From the IMG/VR virus record IMGVR_UViG_2529292910_000010, positions 1 to 41,736 of that record: DNA of 41,736 nt; one strand, written 5' to 3'. The DNA is from a virus (Duplodnaviria; Heunggongvirae; Uroviricota; Caudoviricetes). How positions within the stretch are numbered: position 1 is the stretch's first letter; each line of letters starts with the position of its first letter. This document shows, piece by piece, positions 1 to 10,826 of the stretch. The translations under genes and the position numbers were made by a program. The notes beneath the pieces were generated by a model that made no database searches, had not been told where the DNA came from, and saw nothing but the letters and a program-made list of their open reading frames with translations.

Positions 1-249
1 ATGCGTATTGAAATCTGCATAGCCAAAGAAAAAATGACTAAAATGCCAACCGGTGCTGTGGATGCGTTAAAGGAAGAATTAACCCGACGCATCAGTAAAC
101 GTTATGACGATGTAGAGGTGATCGTAAAAGCTACCAGCAACGATGGCCTTTCTGTTACGCGCACCGCCGATAAAGATTCAGCTAAAACTTTTGTTCAGGA
201 AACTCTGAAAGATACCTGGGAGTCTGCTGACGAGTGGTTTGTTCACTAA
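1..249 (+). CDS. DinI-family protein (DNA damage-inducible protein I-like)
   Basis: 82-aa ORF; C-terminal TWESADEWF motif and overall length match DinI family as recalled; common prophage accessory gene. Confidence 0.75.
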   Translation: MRIEICIAKEKMTKMPTGAVDALKEELTRRISKRYDDVEVIVKATSNDGLSVTRTADKDSAKTFVQETLKDTWESADEWFVH

Positions 250-384
250 TTAGCACGTAAAATCTGTAACGGCTGGAAATCATTCAATACTCGCACTATC
301 GGAAGTTCACCAGCCAGCCGCGGTACGTTCTTACATACGATGTACCGCTGTTCTCTTTACGATTTATAGCTGTACTGGTGAATT

Positions 385-717
385 ATGAGCAATCTGAATC
401 CATGCATGACGTGTGGTGCCTGTTGTGCATTTTCCGCGTCTCTTTTTACTGGGCAGAAGCTGACGATGCTGGCGGAAAGGTTTCGGTCAGTCTCACTGAG
501 CAAATATCTCCTTTTCATCGCTGTATGCGCGGCACCAATCAGAAAAATCCCCGATGTGGCGCTCTTGCCGGCCCCCCCCCCGGAGAAAACCGCATATTGC
601 TCTGTTTACAAAAACCGTCCGTCCACATGCAGGGAATTCGCAATGTCCGGAGAAAATGGCATCGCGAATGAAGCATGTAACCGCGCACGGGAAAAATATG
701 GATTTCCCAAAATCTGA
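385..717 (+). pseudogene. YkgJ/UPF0153-family cysteine-cluster protein, reading frame broken twice at homopolymer runs
   Basis: N-terminus CMTCGACC and C-terminus YxxRPxTCREF lie in the frame of 385..717, but the conserved middle ([15 protein letters not shown]...NPRC.ALAG) is only readable in the overlapping frame of ORF 378..671; shifts occur at a T-run near 440 and at the C10 tract 572-581. Confidence 0.55.
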
Positions 718-825
718 ATATTCTCCGCCGTGCAAAAATGCGAACAACATCACTTCACTAATCAGCCTGATATGGCATACTTAGCACGCTAACTATGATA
801 ACAAACTAATACCCTAAAACTCATG

Positions 826-852
826 GTTCCGGGACTGGTCGTGGTCCCGTTT
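826..852 (+). terminator. Rho-independent terminator after ykgJ-like gene
   Basis: hairpin cgggac-N8-gtcccg followed by a run of 8 T. Confidence 0.6.
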
Positions 853-858
853 TTTTAT

Positions 859-1467
859 TCAGCCAGCAGGCCATCCGACAGCATAACTGCGGATCGCCTT
901 CAGGTCTGTCAGCGCCTCAACCTCGGCTTTCATCTGCAACTGCCGTGTATTAATCTCCACTCCCTTCGCAAACATCGCCTGCTCTGTCGCATCTGCCAGC
1001 GCAATTATCTCCGCCGCCGTCACCGGCACCACATTATTATCCCCGTCGGTCCAGGCAAAACCTTCCGGAAGACGGTTATTCTCTGCCATCAGGCGTGTCG
1101 TGCTTATCCTGGACAACGTCTTCTTGCCGTAATCCCAGTTCCTTCCGTTGAATTCCATCACGTATTCCATATTCTCCTGCACATCACGCCAGATATTAAT
1201 CTCTTCCCGTTTCGCCGCCTTTGCCGCTTCCAGTACTGCTTCCGTGGCAACAAAGGCACTCACGCTTCCGTACGTTCCTGCTGTCAGCCCAGACCACAAT
1301 GCTTTTCCGTGTTCTGTATTATCCGTTTCCGTTGCAGTATACGGCAGCCATACCTGTTCCCCTTTTTCATTCACCGCGTCTTCAAACTGCACCTCACAGT
1401 TTATCCCGCCATATTCGTTGCTGGCTGCATTTCGTACTGCAAGAATCTCTTTTCCCTTATCCACCAT
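859..1467 (-). CDS. hypothetical protein downstream of side-tail-fibre remnant (possible tail fibre assembly/chaperone)
   Basis: ORF track 859..1554; start trimmed to the in-frame Met just after the stf-frame stop at 1476; function assigned by position only. Confidence 0.35.
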   Translation of the reverse strand: MVDKGKEILAVRNAASNEYGGINCEVQFEDAVNEKGEQVWLPYTATETDNTEHGKALWSGLTAGTYGSVSAFVATEAVLEAAKAAKREEINIWRDVQENMEYVMEFNGRNWDYGKKTLSRISTTRLMAENNRLPEGFAWTDGDNNVVPVTAAEIIALADATEQAMFAKGVEINTRQLQMKAEVEALTDLKAIRSYAVGWPAG

Positions 1468-1475
1468 GACCTCCT

Positions 1476-2550
<1,075 letters not shown>

Positions 2551-2656
2551 ACAGCCTTCCCCTGAATAAATTAACCGCCACTTGCCATTCCGTACAGAAG
2601 TCGGATATCCTTCGCCCGAAAAGCATGAAACACATTTCTGCCATGCTAAAGAGAAA

Positions 2657-2689
2657 CCCCGGTATCAGCAGATACCGGGGTTTTCTTTC
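2657..2689. terminator. bidirectional intrinsic terminator between I and J
   Basis: perfect 10-bp stem ccccggtatc/gataccgggg with 4-nt loop, T-run ttttctttc on plus strand and T-rich flank on minus. Confidence 0.7.
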
Positions 2690-2754
2690 ATGCCCACCGA
2701 TAATCCTGTTGGTTAAAACCGGTAATGGCATAAAAATTCTGAATATCTTCACAT

Positions 2755-2783
2755 TTTCACAAACTGACCGTGGCGCGTATAAT
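2755..2783 (+). promoter_or_regulatory. putative sigma70 promoter, antisense to the tail genes
   Basis: -10 TATAAT at 2778-2783; -35 TTCACA at 2756-2761 (16-bp spacer) or TTTCAC (17 bp); AT-rich upstream. Confidence 0.45.
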
Positions 2784-2789
2784 TTCTCT

Positions 2790-2892
2790 GCGTTAATTTT
2801 TTTGTCGTGATATAAGAATAATTCCTTACACTTAATCTTCGTAACTCTCCCGCAGTTCCTGTCCGCGATCACTGCGGGATTTTTTTATTCTT
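2790..2892 (+). ncRNA. candidate small RNA (~100 nt) running from the putative promoter to a terminator
   Basis: no ATG-initiated ORF between promoter and the hairpin cccgcagt-N14-actgcggg followed by T7 at 2849-2892. Confidence 0.3.
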
Positions 2893-2893
2893 T

Positions 2894-3574
2894 TTACCCC
2901 TGCCGCCCGATAACCACGACCTTTCCGCCCCCGCCTTCATCACGGGTGCTGATGTCCTGGGATATACGGCGGGAGCCAACCAGCATTTCCCCGTAAGGCA
3001 CCGGCATCGGGTTCCCCTGGGCAATCATGTTATCCAGCGAGGAAAAGTACGTGTTCTGTCTGCCGTTATCCGTTGCGCGGTAATCCGGTGTTTTTGCCTT
3101 CGGGGCCAGCATCTGGGCCACACCGCCCAGTATCATGCTGGCACCCAGTGAAAACAGCATCGTGGTGGCAGAAAAACCACCGGCACTCAGGGCTGTACCC
3201 CATAACGCCATCGAGCCTCCGGCCGTGAAGAAAGAGCCCACGATGGCTGCCGCCCCCAGCACAATCTGCAGTCCACCCTTTCCGGCCCCGGCCAGTCGCG
3301 GCACAATGTGGATGACCGTTCCCTCACCCAGCTGTTCGTGAAGACGGGCATACACCGCCTCCGGTGCCGTGTCATCACCGGCAATACGTATCTGGTACCA
3401 GCCTTCGTTCATCTGACGGCGAAAGCCCGGCATCTGCATCGACAGGGCGCGAATGGCTTCCGCTGCCGTGTTCACATACAGGCTGAGGCGGCGGCCAAAT
3501 CGTTGCAAATCCCCGTGAAGGCAGATGCGTGCCAGTGGCGGTGACGCCAGACAGAATGCGTTCGTCGTTGCCAT
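2894..3574 (-). CDS. I: tail assembly protein I
   Basis: 226 aa; ...RICLHGDLQRFGRR...IVLGAAAI.GSFFTAG... matches lambda gpI as recalled. Confidence 0.9.
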   Translation of the reverse strand: MATTNAFCLASPPLARICLHGDLQRFGRRLSLYVNTAAEAIRALSMQMPGFRRQMNEGWYQIRIAGDDTAPEAVYARLHEQLGEGTVIHIVPRLAGAGKGGLQIVLGAAAIVGSFFTAGGSMALWGTALSAGGFSATTMLFSLGASMILGGVAQMLAPKAKTPDYRATDNGRQNTYFSSLDNMIAQGNPMPVPYGEMLVGSRRISQDISTRDEGGGGKVVVIGRQG

Positions 3575-4215
3575 TTTTCGGAATACCTCTCCCGTTTACT
3601 CAGTTGTTCAGGCAGATGGTGAAGCAGCTCACCGTTGCCGCAGTAAATGGCGGCATGGTTCGGTACCGAAGCACCAAAGCAGCACAGCAGGATATCGCCA
3701 GGCTGTGCGGAAGGCAGGGAAATCCGGTAAAAGCCCGTTTCCTCCATATTGTCCAGATAGAGATTCTGACCGTTGCGCCACCAGTCATCCCCGCGATGAA
3801 AATCCGGCATCTCAATCCCCGCCAGATGATAAGCATCCCGGAACAGCGTGTAACAGTCTGTCACCCCGTGCTCAAAACGCCGCCCGGTGAGATGCGGCAC
3901 ACAGCGGAACTTATGAATCACTCCCCGGCAGACCAGCCACCACGGAAAATCACTCTGCACCTGCAGCCGCCTGTCTGCCTCACTCAGCCAGGGCAGACCA
4001 GCGGGATGACTGTGAACCAGCGCCACAATCTCCCCCGACATCTCTGCCCGCAGCCAGTCTTCCGGTGCGATACGAAAATACGCCTCCGGCTCTGCAGAAA
4101 TATTCACACAAGGGATATACCACTCCCCCTCCGGCGTGCTTATCACGAAGCCGCACGACTCCGCAGGCGCACACCGCCGGGCATGCGCCAGAATCGCTGA
4201 TTCAGTCTGTGTCAT
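3472..4215 (-). CDS. K: tail assembly protein K (NlpC/P60-like)
   Basis: starts MTQTESAILAHARRCAPAESCGF... (lambda gpK start); the ORF track entry 3472..4476 is an upstream extension overlapping L. Confidence 0.9.
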   Translation of the reverse strand: MTQTESAILAHARRCAPAESCGFVISTPEGEWYIPCVNISAEPEAYFRIAPEDWLRAEMSGEIVALVHSHPAGLPWLSEADRRLQVQSDFPWWLVCRGVIHKFRCVPHLTGRRFEHGVTDCYTLFRDAYHLAGIEMPDFHRGDDWWRNGQNLYLDNMEETGFYRISLPSAQPGDILLCCFGASVPNHAAIYCGNGELLHHLPEQLSKRERYSEKWQRRTHSVWRHRHWHASAFTGICNDLAAASACM

Positions 4216-4225
4216 AAACCGGGAT

Positions 4226-4924
4226 TTACTGCGAAAGTTTATTAATGGAAAGGAAACCGCCAAAATTGCCGACATTCCTGCGCAGTTCACACCCGCGCAT
4301 GCACTTGCTGCATCTGTCCTTACGGATATCCGTGGTGGGTTTATCGAACTCATCCGCCACAGCCCCGCCCGTGTAACCACACTCATCAGAGCGGTAGGTC
4401 CACATACAGGTGTTCGCCAGCATGATACGACCGGGAAACAGCGCCCCGTCCGTCTCGGTCGGTGTGGCCAGCACAAACGAGGCCGTCATGGCTGTCAGCT
4501 GCGACATCTGCTCCACCACCCAGCGGTCACTCAACTCCTGCTCCGGGTCCGCCGCCGGATTGCCCGCAACGAAATTCACCGCATCCAGAAAACGGGCATA
4601 CACCCGGCGGCGGACCACCGTGGCCCCCACCAGACTCTGCAGGTCTTCCGCCATCCCGGTGACCAGACCGAACAGATTGGACACCGTCAGCGACGGTCTG
4701 GCACTGCTGCCCTTCCCGCTCATCTCAAAACCGCTGCCGTCAATCGGGTATGCCTGATATTGCCGCCCCTGCCAGGTGACCGGCTCCCCTTTTTCATTCA
4801 GCTCATTACAGAAAAAATACCGCTCACCGCCCTGTACCGTCAGGTCGATTTCCCAGAGTACCACCCGCGGTGACTGCTCTGATTTAACCGACTCGCTCAG
4901 ACTTTCTTCGTGAATATCCTGCAT
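4226..4924 (-). CDS. L: minor tail protein L
   Basis: 232 aa, position and sequence consistent with lambda gpL. Confidence 0.9.
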   Translation of the reverse strand: MQDIHEESLSESVKSEQSPRVVLWEIDLTVQGGERYFFCNELNEKGEPVTWQGRQYQAYPIDGSGFEMSGKGSSARPSLTVSNLFGLVTGMAEDLQSLVGATVVRRRVYARFLDAVNFVAGNPAADPEQELSDRWVVEQMSQLTAMTASFVLATPTETDGALFPGRIMLANTCMWTYRSDECGYTGGAVADEFDKPTTDIRKDRCSKCMRGCELRRNVGNFGGFLSINKLSQ

Positions 4925-5253
4925 CAGTTCACCACCTGCTTAAACTCCGCGCTGAACTCAACGCGCAACATCCCGACCCGCGCAGACCACCCGGCACAGG
5001 TCACCTTTATCTGCCGGTATGCATAGGGTGGCTTCCACAAAAATGCCTTCCAGCCACCGTGCTCTGCCAGGAACGCTTCCAGATGCCGGGCCTCCTCCCG
5101 GGTCACGGAAAGCGTCACCCTGTATGTTTTCAGGTCAGCATTCAGCCCTGCCGCCATACGCTGTGAGTACCCGTCACCAAAACGCACTTCACGCACCGAT
5201 GGCTGCGAGTTCACCTCCATATCCGGCTTCACTTTCCAGCGAAAGGTTTTCAT
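4924..5253 (-). CDS. M: minor tail protein M
   Basis: 109 aa MKTFRWKVKPDMEVNSQPSVREVRFGDGY..., lambda gpM-like. Confidence 0.9.
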   Translation of the reverse strand: MKTFRWKVKPDMEVNSQPSVREVRFGDGYSQRMAAGLNADLKTYRVTLSVTREEARHLEAFLAEHGGWKAFLWKPPYAYRQIKVTCAGWSARVGMLRVEFSAEFKQVVN

Positions 5254-7862
5254 CCACCGCTCCCTGATAACATACCGCCATCACGCAACTGCAGCCGGAG
5301 TTCATCCTGTGCCCCCTTGCGGGCCATCTCATACACCGCTTTCATCAGCTGCGGCCCTGCCCGCCCGTTGGGGCCGTCGTTCTGAATCACCACGTGATTG
5401 TTCTGATTAAAATTAATGCCTTCCGCCCGCCGCATCTGCGCCGGACTTCCGGCACCGCCGACATAACCACCTTCCGCATAGCCCCGCATCAGGCGGTACA
5501 GATTGCCGACACCAATCCGGCTGGTCGCCTCCTTCGTGAAGACAAACTCCCCGCGATGAACAATCCCCGCAGGTTCATATTTACCCCCCGTCCCCGTAAA
5601 TCCCCCGGTCGCGAAATGGAAGTTCGCCGCCGCAGCCTGAATGGCTGTACCGCCTGACGCGGATGCGCCGCCACCAACAGCCCCGCCAATGGCGCTGCCG
5701 ATACTCCCGACTATCCCCACCATCGCCTGCTTCAGAAAAATCTCTGTCAGCATGGACAGCACAGAACGGGTGAAACCACGCCAGTTCTGTTCGCTGCCGG
5801 TCAGCATCGCTGCCATATTCTGTGCAATACCGTCAAAGGTCTGCGTGGCCGCGTTTTTAACCTGCGAAAAACTGTCCGTCGCACTTTCCGCCCACTCGCC
5901 CCAGCCGGACTTCATCCCGGCCATCCAGCTTCCACGAAGCTGCTCCTCCGCAGACCAGGTGTTCTTCAGTGCAGATGTGGCCTTCGCCAGCGCAGCCGGA
6001 TTATCACCGTACACCTCACGAAGGCGCTGCTCTTCCGACTCCCGCTGCGCCTGACGGTCGGTGAGTCCGCGGGCTTTTGCGCTGATTGCCGCCTGCTTCG
6101 CGCTCTGCTGCTGTTCAAACCGCGCCGCCTGCTGTGCCAGCTCATTCAGCCGTTTCTGGTGTTCAATCTTGTCGCCCAGCTCAGCCAGCTGGCGTTTGTA
6201 CTCCAGCGTTTCTTTCTCATGGGCCAGCAGGGATTTTTCCTGCTCAGATAACTGCCGTTTCGTGGCAGCCTCTTTCAGGACCGCATACTGACTTTCCGCC
6301 TTCCATAAATCACGGCGCTGCCGGCTGATTTTCTCATTCGCACCGCTGTGTTTTTCCAGCGTCCTGAGCTCAGCTTCAAGGGCAAGCAGAGCCTCTCTTG
6401 CCTGCTCCTCTTCCCTCTCCCCGGCAGAGCGCGTTTTCGGTGATGTATGCTTTTTACCTGTCAGCTCTTCAGCCAGACGGCTGACGGCTTCCTGCTGCCC
6501 AGGACCTTTGCTGACGCCTGTTGCACGCGAGCGGTTGATGTACCCCATTTCCCCCTGGCGTATACGCGCATCCCGTTCCGCAATGGATTTTCTCAGCGCC
6601 AGTTCATCGCGTTTTGTTTTCTCAATAAATACGCGGTTCTCTTCTGCCAGTTCACCAAACAACGCACCAACGCCGGGCACATTCTTTGTCGTTTCCCAGG
6701 CTGACTGAATAAATTCAGCCAGCGCCAGATCCCCCTGCACAAGCAGCAGCTTCACCTGTTCAACGGTTCCGGCCACCACGTCAGTGATCAGACTGAGTGC
6801 CCCCAGTGTATGATCACCTATCCATGCCCATGCGTCAGAAGTCCAGGTTTTAACATCGTCCCAGATTTTTTCCACCGGCGTGGCCGCTTTATCAAGTTGC
6901 TCCAGACGTGCATTCATGACATCCGCAAACAGGGACATCGCCTCCGTCACCGCAGCCTGTTTACCTTTCGTGCGCTCAAGCTCATCAATATGGCGTAACT
7001 GGGAAACGCTCAGGAAGTTATACTGCTGATTCAGGGAGGCCAGCGCCTTCACCGGATCTGCTGCAATCCCTTCAAAGGCTTTTTCCACCTTCCCGGCATC
7101 GTCCCCCACCGTCTGCAGCCATCTCTGAGAGGTTTCCCCCATGATCCGTAGCTGCCCGGCGGTATATTTCCCGCTTTCTGCCAGACGGGCCAGATTTTCT
7201 GCCGCCTGTCTGATACCACCACCGGCTTCATCGCTGATCACCCCGGCCATTTTCCACAATTCTGCCGTTGTGGTGGCAGCCGCCCCTCCGGTCAGGATCA
7301 GTGAACGCAATAAGGCCCGGTCAGCCTGCTCTGCCTGCCAGGCGGCGGCAGCAAGCGCGGCCAGTACGGCAACCCCGCCACCTGCCGCCACACGGGCCAC
7401 CGACATAAATCGTCCCAGCTCACCGGCATTCCGGGCATTTTCAGCCAGTGCATTTGCCGTATCTGACAGCGACTCCTCTGATGATTCAGAGGCATCCCTG
7501 ATCCCGAGAAGTTCCTCCTTCAGCAGGGTAAGCAGGCTGAGCGGTCCACCGAATGAATCGCTGATCTGCCCCCCCTGCTGCAGCATGATAAGGAAGGGAT
7601 TCTGACCACCGGCAAGCTGAGTGACAATATCCGTGAACTGTGCGGGCAGTGTGCGCATGGCAGCCTTATACTGTCCGACTGATATCCCGGCTTTTTGTGC
7701 AGCCAGCGCCTGTCGGCTCAGCCCCTGTTCAACAGTACTGGCGGTTTTTCTGGCATCCGCCTCCAGACTGGAAAAATGACGGCGTACCCGGGCCATCTGT
7801 TCATCAAACCGGGCCGCATCCAGACTCAAATCAATAACCAGATCACCCGCTGGCTGGGACAT
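5250..7862 (-). CDS. H: tail tape measure protein H
   Basis: 870 aa, coiled-coil rich, Gly-rich C-terminus, lambda gpH-like. Confidence 0.95.
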   Translation of the reverse strand: MSQPAGDLVIDLSLDAARFDEQMARVRRHFSSLEADARKTASTVEQGLSRQALAAQKAGISVGQYKAAMRTLPAQFTDIVTQLAGGQNPFLIMLQQGGQISDSFGGPLSLLTLLKEELLGIRDASESSEESLSDTANALAENARNAGELGRFMSVARVAAGGGVAVLAALAAAAWQAEQADRALLRSLILTGGAAATTTAELWKMAGVISDEAGGGIRQAAENLARLAESGKYTAGQLRIMGETSQRWLQTVGDDAGKVEKAFEGIAADPVKALASLNQQYNFLSVSQLRHIDELERTKGKQAAVTEAMSLFADVMNARLEQLDKAATPVEKIWDDVKTWTSDAWAWIGDHTLGALSLITDVVAGTVEQVKLLLVQGDLALAEFIQSAWETTKNVPGVGALFGELAEENRVFIEKTKRDELALRKSIAERDARIRQGEMGYINRSRATGVSKGPGQQEAVSRLAEELTGKKHTSPKTRSAGEREEEQAREALLALEAELRTLEKHSGANEKISRQRRDLWKAESQYAVLKEAATKRQLSEQEKSLLAHEKETLEYKRQLAELGDKIEHQKRLNELAQQAARFEQQQSAKQAAISAKARGLTDRQAQRESEEQRLREVYGDNPAALAKATSALKNTWSAEEQLRGSWMAGMKSGWGEWAESATDSFSQVKNAATQTFDGIAQNMAAMLTGSEQNWRGFTRSVLSMLTEIFLKQAMVGIVGSIGSAIGGAVGGGASASGGTAIQAAAANFHFATGGFTGTGGKYEPAGIVHRGEFVFTKEATSRIGVGNLYRLMRGYAEGGYVGGAGSPAQMRRAEGINFNQNNHVVIQNDGPNGRAGPQLMKAVYEMARKGAQDELRLQLRDGGMLSGSGG

Positions 7863-8256
7863 ATCTCACACCTCCGGAAATCCCCGCTGAAGCCATCATT
7901 AATGCAACATCATCCTCGCTGACATCCACCACATCCGCAGAAGGTGAAATATCGCGCCCTCCGTCCCCTCCGAACCGGACGCCTCCGGCAACTCCTGTCG
8001 CTTTCTGCATCAGCATTTCTTCCTCGTCCGGCATCTCCGTCTGCTCTTCCTCACACGCTGGAGCAAGCAGACTGAAATCCGCCGGATGAATATCCGGATC
8101 GCCAAAAAACAGGCTGAGTACGGCGTACATCAGCCCGGAAAAATGAGCGTCCAGTTGGGTATCCTGAAAATAATGCGTGCAGTAAAAACGTCGCCAGTCG
8201 GCATATTCGGTGGATGTCATCCCGGCAAGCATGGCGCGCCAGTCGGGTCTCCCCAT
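7843..8256 (-). CDS. T: tail assembly protein T (made as G-T fusion by -1 frameshift)
   Basis: 137-aa ORF in the -1 frame relative to G, immediately downstream of it. Confidence 0.8.
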   Translation of the reverse strand: MGRPDWRAMLAGMTSTEYADWRRFYCTHYFQDTQLDAHFSGLMYAVLSLFFGDPDIHPADFSLLAPACEEEQTEMPDEEEMLMQKATGVAGGVRFGGDGGRDISPSADVVDVSEDDVALMMASAGISGGVRYVPASG

Positions 8257-8282
8257 CTCTCGCGCCAGTTTCAGGACAAAGT

Positions 8283-8705
8283 TCAGCTCGCCTTCGAATG
8301 CTTTTTTGATGTTACCGGCTCAGTCGCTTCTGCTTTCCCGGTTTGTTCAGGATCGGCATCGTGCCGGTTATCCAGCATACCTGAAAGATAAAGCACCCGG
8401 TTCGTTGCCTGATTCAGTGCATCAGCAGGCCATCCCAGCATCACTTCACGGCGGATCTGCTGCATCTCTGTCTCCGGAGAGGCCAGAGTGCCTTTGAGGG
8501 AATGGGTATGCCATAGCGACATCGCCACAAGCAGGGATGCCGTTTCCAGATATCGCTGGTTAATGTGCACGACATCATGCTTCGTTGTCTCCTGTTGTTC
8601 TGCGTCTGAAACAAACTTTATATAATCAAACCGCTGCAGCGCAGACAATTCGGAAAGCGTGACGGACACACCGTTATATTCAAATTGTTCTGTTTTCAGA
8701 AACAT
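8283..8705 (-). CDS. G: tail assembly chaperone G
   Basis: 140 aa MFLKTEQFEYNGVSVTLSELSALQRFDY..., lambda gpG-like. Confidence 0.9.
   Translation of the reverse strand: MFLKTEQFEYNGVSVTLSELSALQRFDYIKFVSDAEQQETTKHDVVHINQRYLETASLLVAMSLWHTHSLKGTLASPETEMQQIRREVMLGWPADALNQATNRVLYLSGMLDNRHDADPEQTGKAEATEPVTSKKHSKAS
8334..8340 (-). other. G/GT programmed -1 ribosomal frameshift slippery site (GGGAAAG)
   Basis: minus strand reads acc ggg aaa gca near the 3' end of G; plus strand ctttccc. Confidence 0.7.
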
Positions 8706-8718
8706 GTATTACCTCCGT

Positions 8719-9471
8719 TTACCCTGCAGCGCCCGCTTCAGTAACGGTGACTTCAGCCACTGCGGCGAACTGACCATTTCCGCTCACCACAGGGATCTGC
8801 ACCTTACCTGTCGCCACGCCGTTTACCGTAATTGTCATATCTTTCACACTAATGGTGGCTTTCGACGGATCGGCGGAAACCGCTCTGAACGTCTTGTCGG
8901 TTGCACTTTCCGGCTCAAAAGAAACCGTCAGGGTGGTTGTTTTCCCTTTTGCCACCGTACCGGATGTCGGCGTCACCTTAATCGCACTGACCGGCGTAAT
9001 TTTGCTGCGTTCTTCCGCTACAGAAGGTTTACCCACGTTAGTGACTTTCACCGTGCGGGTGATCACTTCTTTCGCCGTCACGGCCTTACCGATACTGCTG
9101 ACCCAGCCACGAAACACATCCACCGTGCCATTCGGAAAACGGATTTTATAGGCCCGGACATCGCCGCTTTCAAACCAGCCTATAAGCCCTTTCTGGCCTT
9201 CCTCTCCCGGTTTCCAGGCCAGCGTAAAACTGGTATCACCTGCAGATTTCTGCCCCTGCCCGGTCGCGGTCCAGTCCGCGTCTTCATCATCCAGGTAGTT
9301 ATCATCGTAGGATTCTGCCGTCATCTCGCCCGGCGTCAGATCCTTCACCTTAGCCAGTCGCTGCCAGTCATCGTCTGACAACGGGTTTGCATAAGCATCA
9401 CCCTTGCCGTTGTAAACCCACAGAGTGGTACCGGCACCTTTTACCGGCTCAAGGGGATTTGGTGTTGCCAT
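8719..9471 (-). CDS. V: major tail protein V
   Basis: 250 aa, lambda gpV-like with C-terminal Ig-like region. Confidence 0.95.
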   Translation of the reverse strand: MATPNPLEPVKGAGTTLWVYNGKGDAYANPLSDDDWQRLAKVKDLTPGEMTAESYDDNYLDDEDADWTATGQGQKSAGDTSFTLAWKPGEEGQKGLIGWFESGDVRAYKIRFPNGTVDVFRGWVSSIGKAVTAKEVITRTVKVTNVGKPSVAEERSKITPVSAIKVTPTSGTVAKGKTTTLTVSFEPESATDKTFRAVSADPSKATISVKDMTITVNGVATGKVQIPVVSGNGQFAAVAEVTVTEAGAAG

Positions 9472-9478
9472 ATCGTCC

Positions 9479-9874
9479 TCACATCTCGTATGTAATGGAA
9501 TAAGTCAGATCTGCAGAACTCCATAACGCCATATCGTCATCACGACGATACTCATAGCCCTGCGTAACCATCGTGGTAATCAGTCCTGCCAGTGCCGGGA
9601 TCGCAGTCATCGCCGGGTAAATCCGGCTTTCCATCCACTGATCAAGCTCTGAATCCGGTACCTGTGCCGGTAAAAACACCTCAATATGCAGCGTGGCCCG
9701 CCAGGTATCTGCATCCAGCTCTTCACCGGTATACTCTGCATCCGTCAGATAAACCGCGATCGCAGGAAAATCCTCTTCGTCAAAAACAACGGGGCGACCA
9801 TCAAACAGCGTCGCCCCGTGTTCATGCTGCTCGAGTGCATCCAGCACTGCGGCACGAATGTCAGTGTGTTTCAT
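9479..9874 (-). CDS. U: tail terminator protein U
   Basis: 131 aa, lambda gpU-like. Confidence 0.9.
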   Translation of the reverse strand: MKHTDIRAAVLDALEQHEHGATLFDGRPVVFDEEDFPAIAVYLTDAEYTGEELDADTWRATLHIEVFLPAQVPDSELDQWMESRIYPAMTAIPALAGLITTMVTQGYEYRRDDDMALWSSADLTYSITYEM

Positions 9875-10446
9875 CGTTTTATTGCAATCCTCAGTTGTTG
9901 TTTCAGCGCGTATGCCAGTTCTTTAGGCAGGCGTTCACGCCGGATACGGTCAACATTCTCATCAAATGCCTGTTTCAGTGGGGCCGCCATCGGGATTTTC
10001 ACCACCTGAATGGGAAGGCGATTACGCTTTTTCCTTCCCTTGCCGTCATTGCCCTCCTCATATCTGGCCTGGGGAAGACGTTGCATAACATGCCAGCGCC
10101 CATTATTTAATCGCTGGATAAATGCCCGCTGATAACGATGCTGACCGGCTTTGAGTATGCTGTTCGGACGACGTCCCAGCATTCTGATCCCCAGCTTAAT
10201 CACAGGGAGATCACCGCGGTTAACGATAATTCTGGCATTCGGATTTCTGACCGTCGCCCGTTTCAGTCTGGACCGTTCCTTTACCAGTTTCCGTCTCACC
10301 CTGGTTTCCCGGGCAACCTGTGACGAAGACTGATTAATCGCCGTTGTGGCCACGCGGTTAATCGTCATTGCTGAAGCCGCCGGAATGGCGTTTTTACGAA
10401 CCCGGCTCAGATTATCAATCGCCTGATCAAGCCCTTTTATCGCCAT
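9871..10446 (-). CDS. Z: tail completion protein Z
   Basis: 191 aa, lambda gpZ-like. Confidence 0.9.
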   Translation of the reverse strand: MAIKGLDQAIDNLSRVRKNAIPAASAMTINRVATTAINQSSSQVARETRVRRKLVKERSRLKRATVRNPNARIIVNRGDLPVIKLGIRMLGRRPNSILKAGQHRYQRAFIQRLNNGRWHVMQRLPQARYEEGNDGKGRKKRNRLPIQVVKIPMAAPLKQAFDENVDRIRRERLPKELAYALKQQLRIAIKR

Positions 10447-10461
10447 AATTTCACCCTGCGT

Positions 10462-10815
10462 TTATCGTCGCCGGTTAACAGCGGGTGGTTGCCCACGGTT
10501 GAGCCAGAGATGACAGCTTCCACCATCATCCGGCGAAACCCGGTCTATCCAGAAGTTTTCCTCACCGATGGTCAGCGTGTCTCCACGCCGCAGTTGCCGC
10601 ACATCATCAGTCCGGACAAACAGGGACGGGCTGGAGCCTTCAACGCGCACGCCCTGTCCGGCATAGCTGATATTTTCAGGGTCATCAAAAACACCACGTA
10701 TTACTGCGCCGGACTGCTCACCGGATGTCATGGTGGCTGACGTTCCCATGTACCCGCGTATCGTTTCATCAGCGCGGGCAATGGCAGCATCGAACAGGTT
10801 ATCGAAATCAGCCAC
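10462..10815 (-). CDS. FII: head-tail connector protein FII
   Basis: 117 aa MADFDNLFDAAIARADETIRGYMG..., lambda gpFII-like. Confidence 0.9.
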   Translation of the reverse strand: MADFDNLFDAAIARADETIRGYMGTSATMTSGEQSGAVIRGVFDDPENISYAGQGVRVEGSSPSLFVRTDDVRQLRRGDTLTIGEENFWIDRVSPDDGGSCHLWLNRGQPPAVNRRR

Positions 10816-10826
10816 AGCGCCTCCCG

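Noticed and set aside
250-860. Possible prophage attachment site or direct repeat (ttagcacg at ~250 and ~785) marking the prophage end
   Set aside because: Only a short imperfect repeat flanking the ykgJ-like gene; without the other prophage end (beyond int, outside the window) no att core can be defined.
5641-7605. Several 60-150-aa ORFs antisense to the tape measure gene H (e.g. 5641..6054, 7141..7605)
   Set aside because: They lie wholly within a well-supported lambda-like gene on the other strand and have low-complexity Ala/Ser/Pro-rich translations typical of antisense frames in GC-rich coding DNA.
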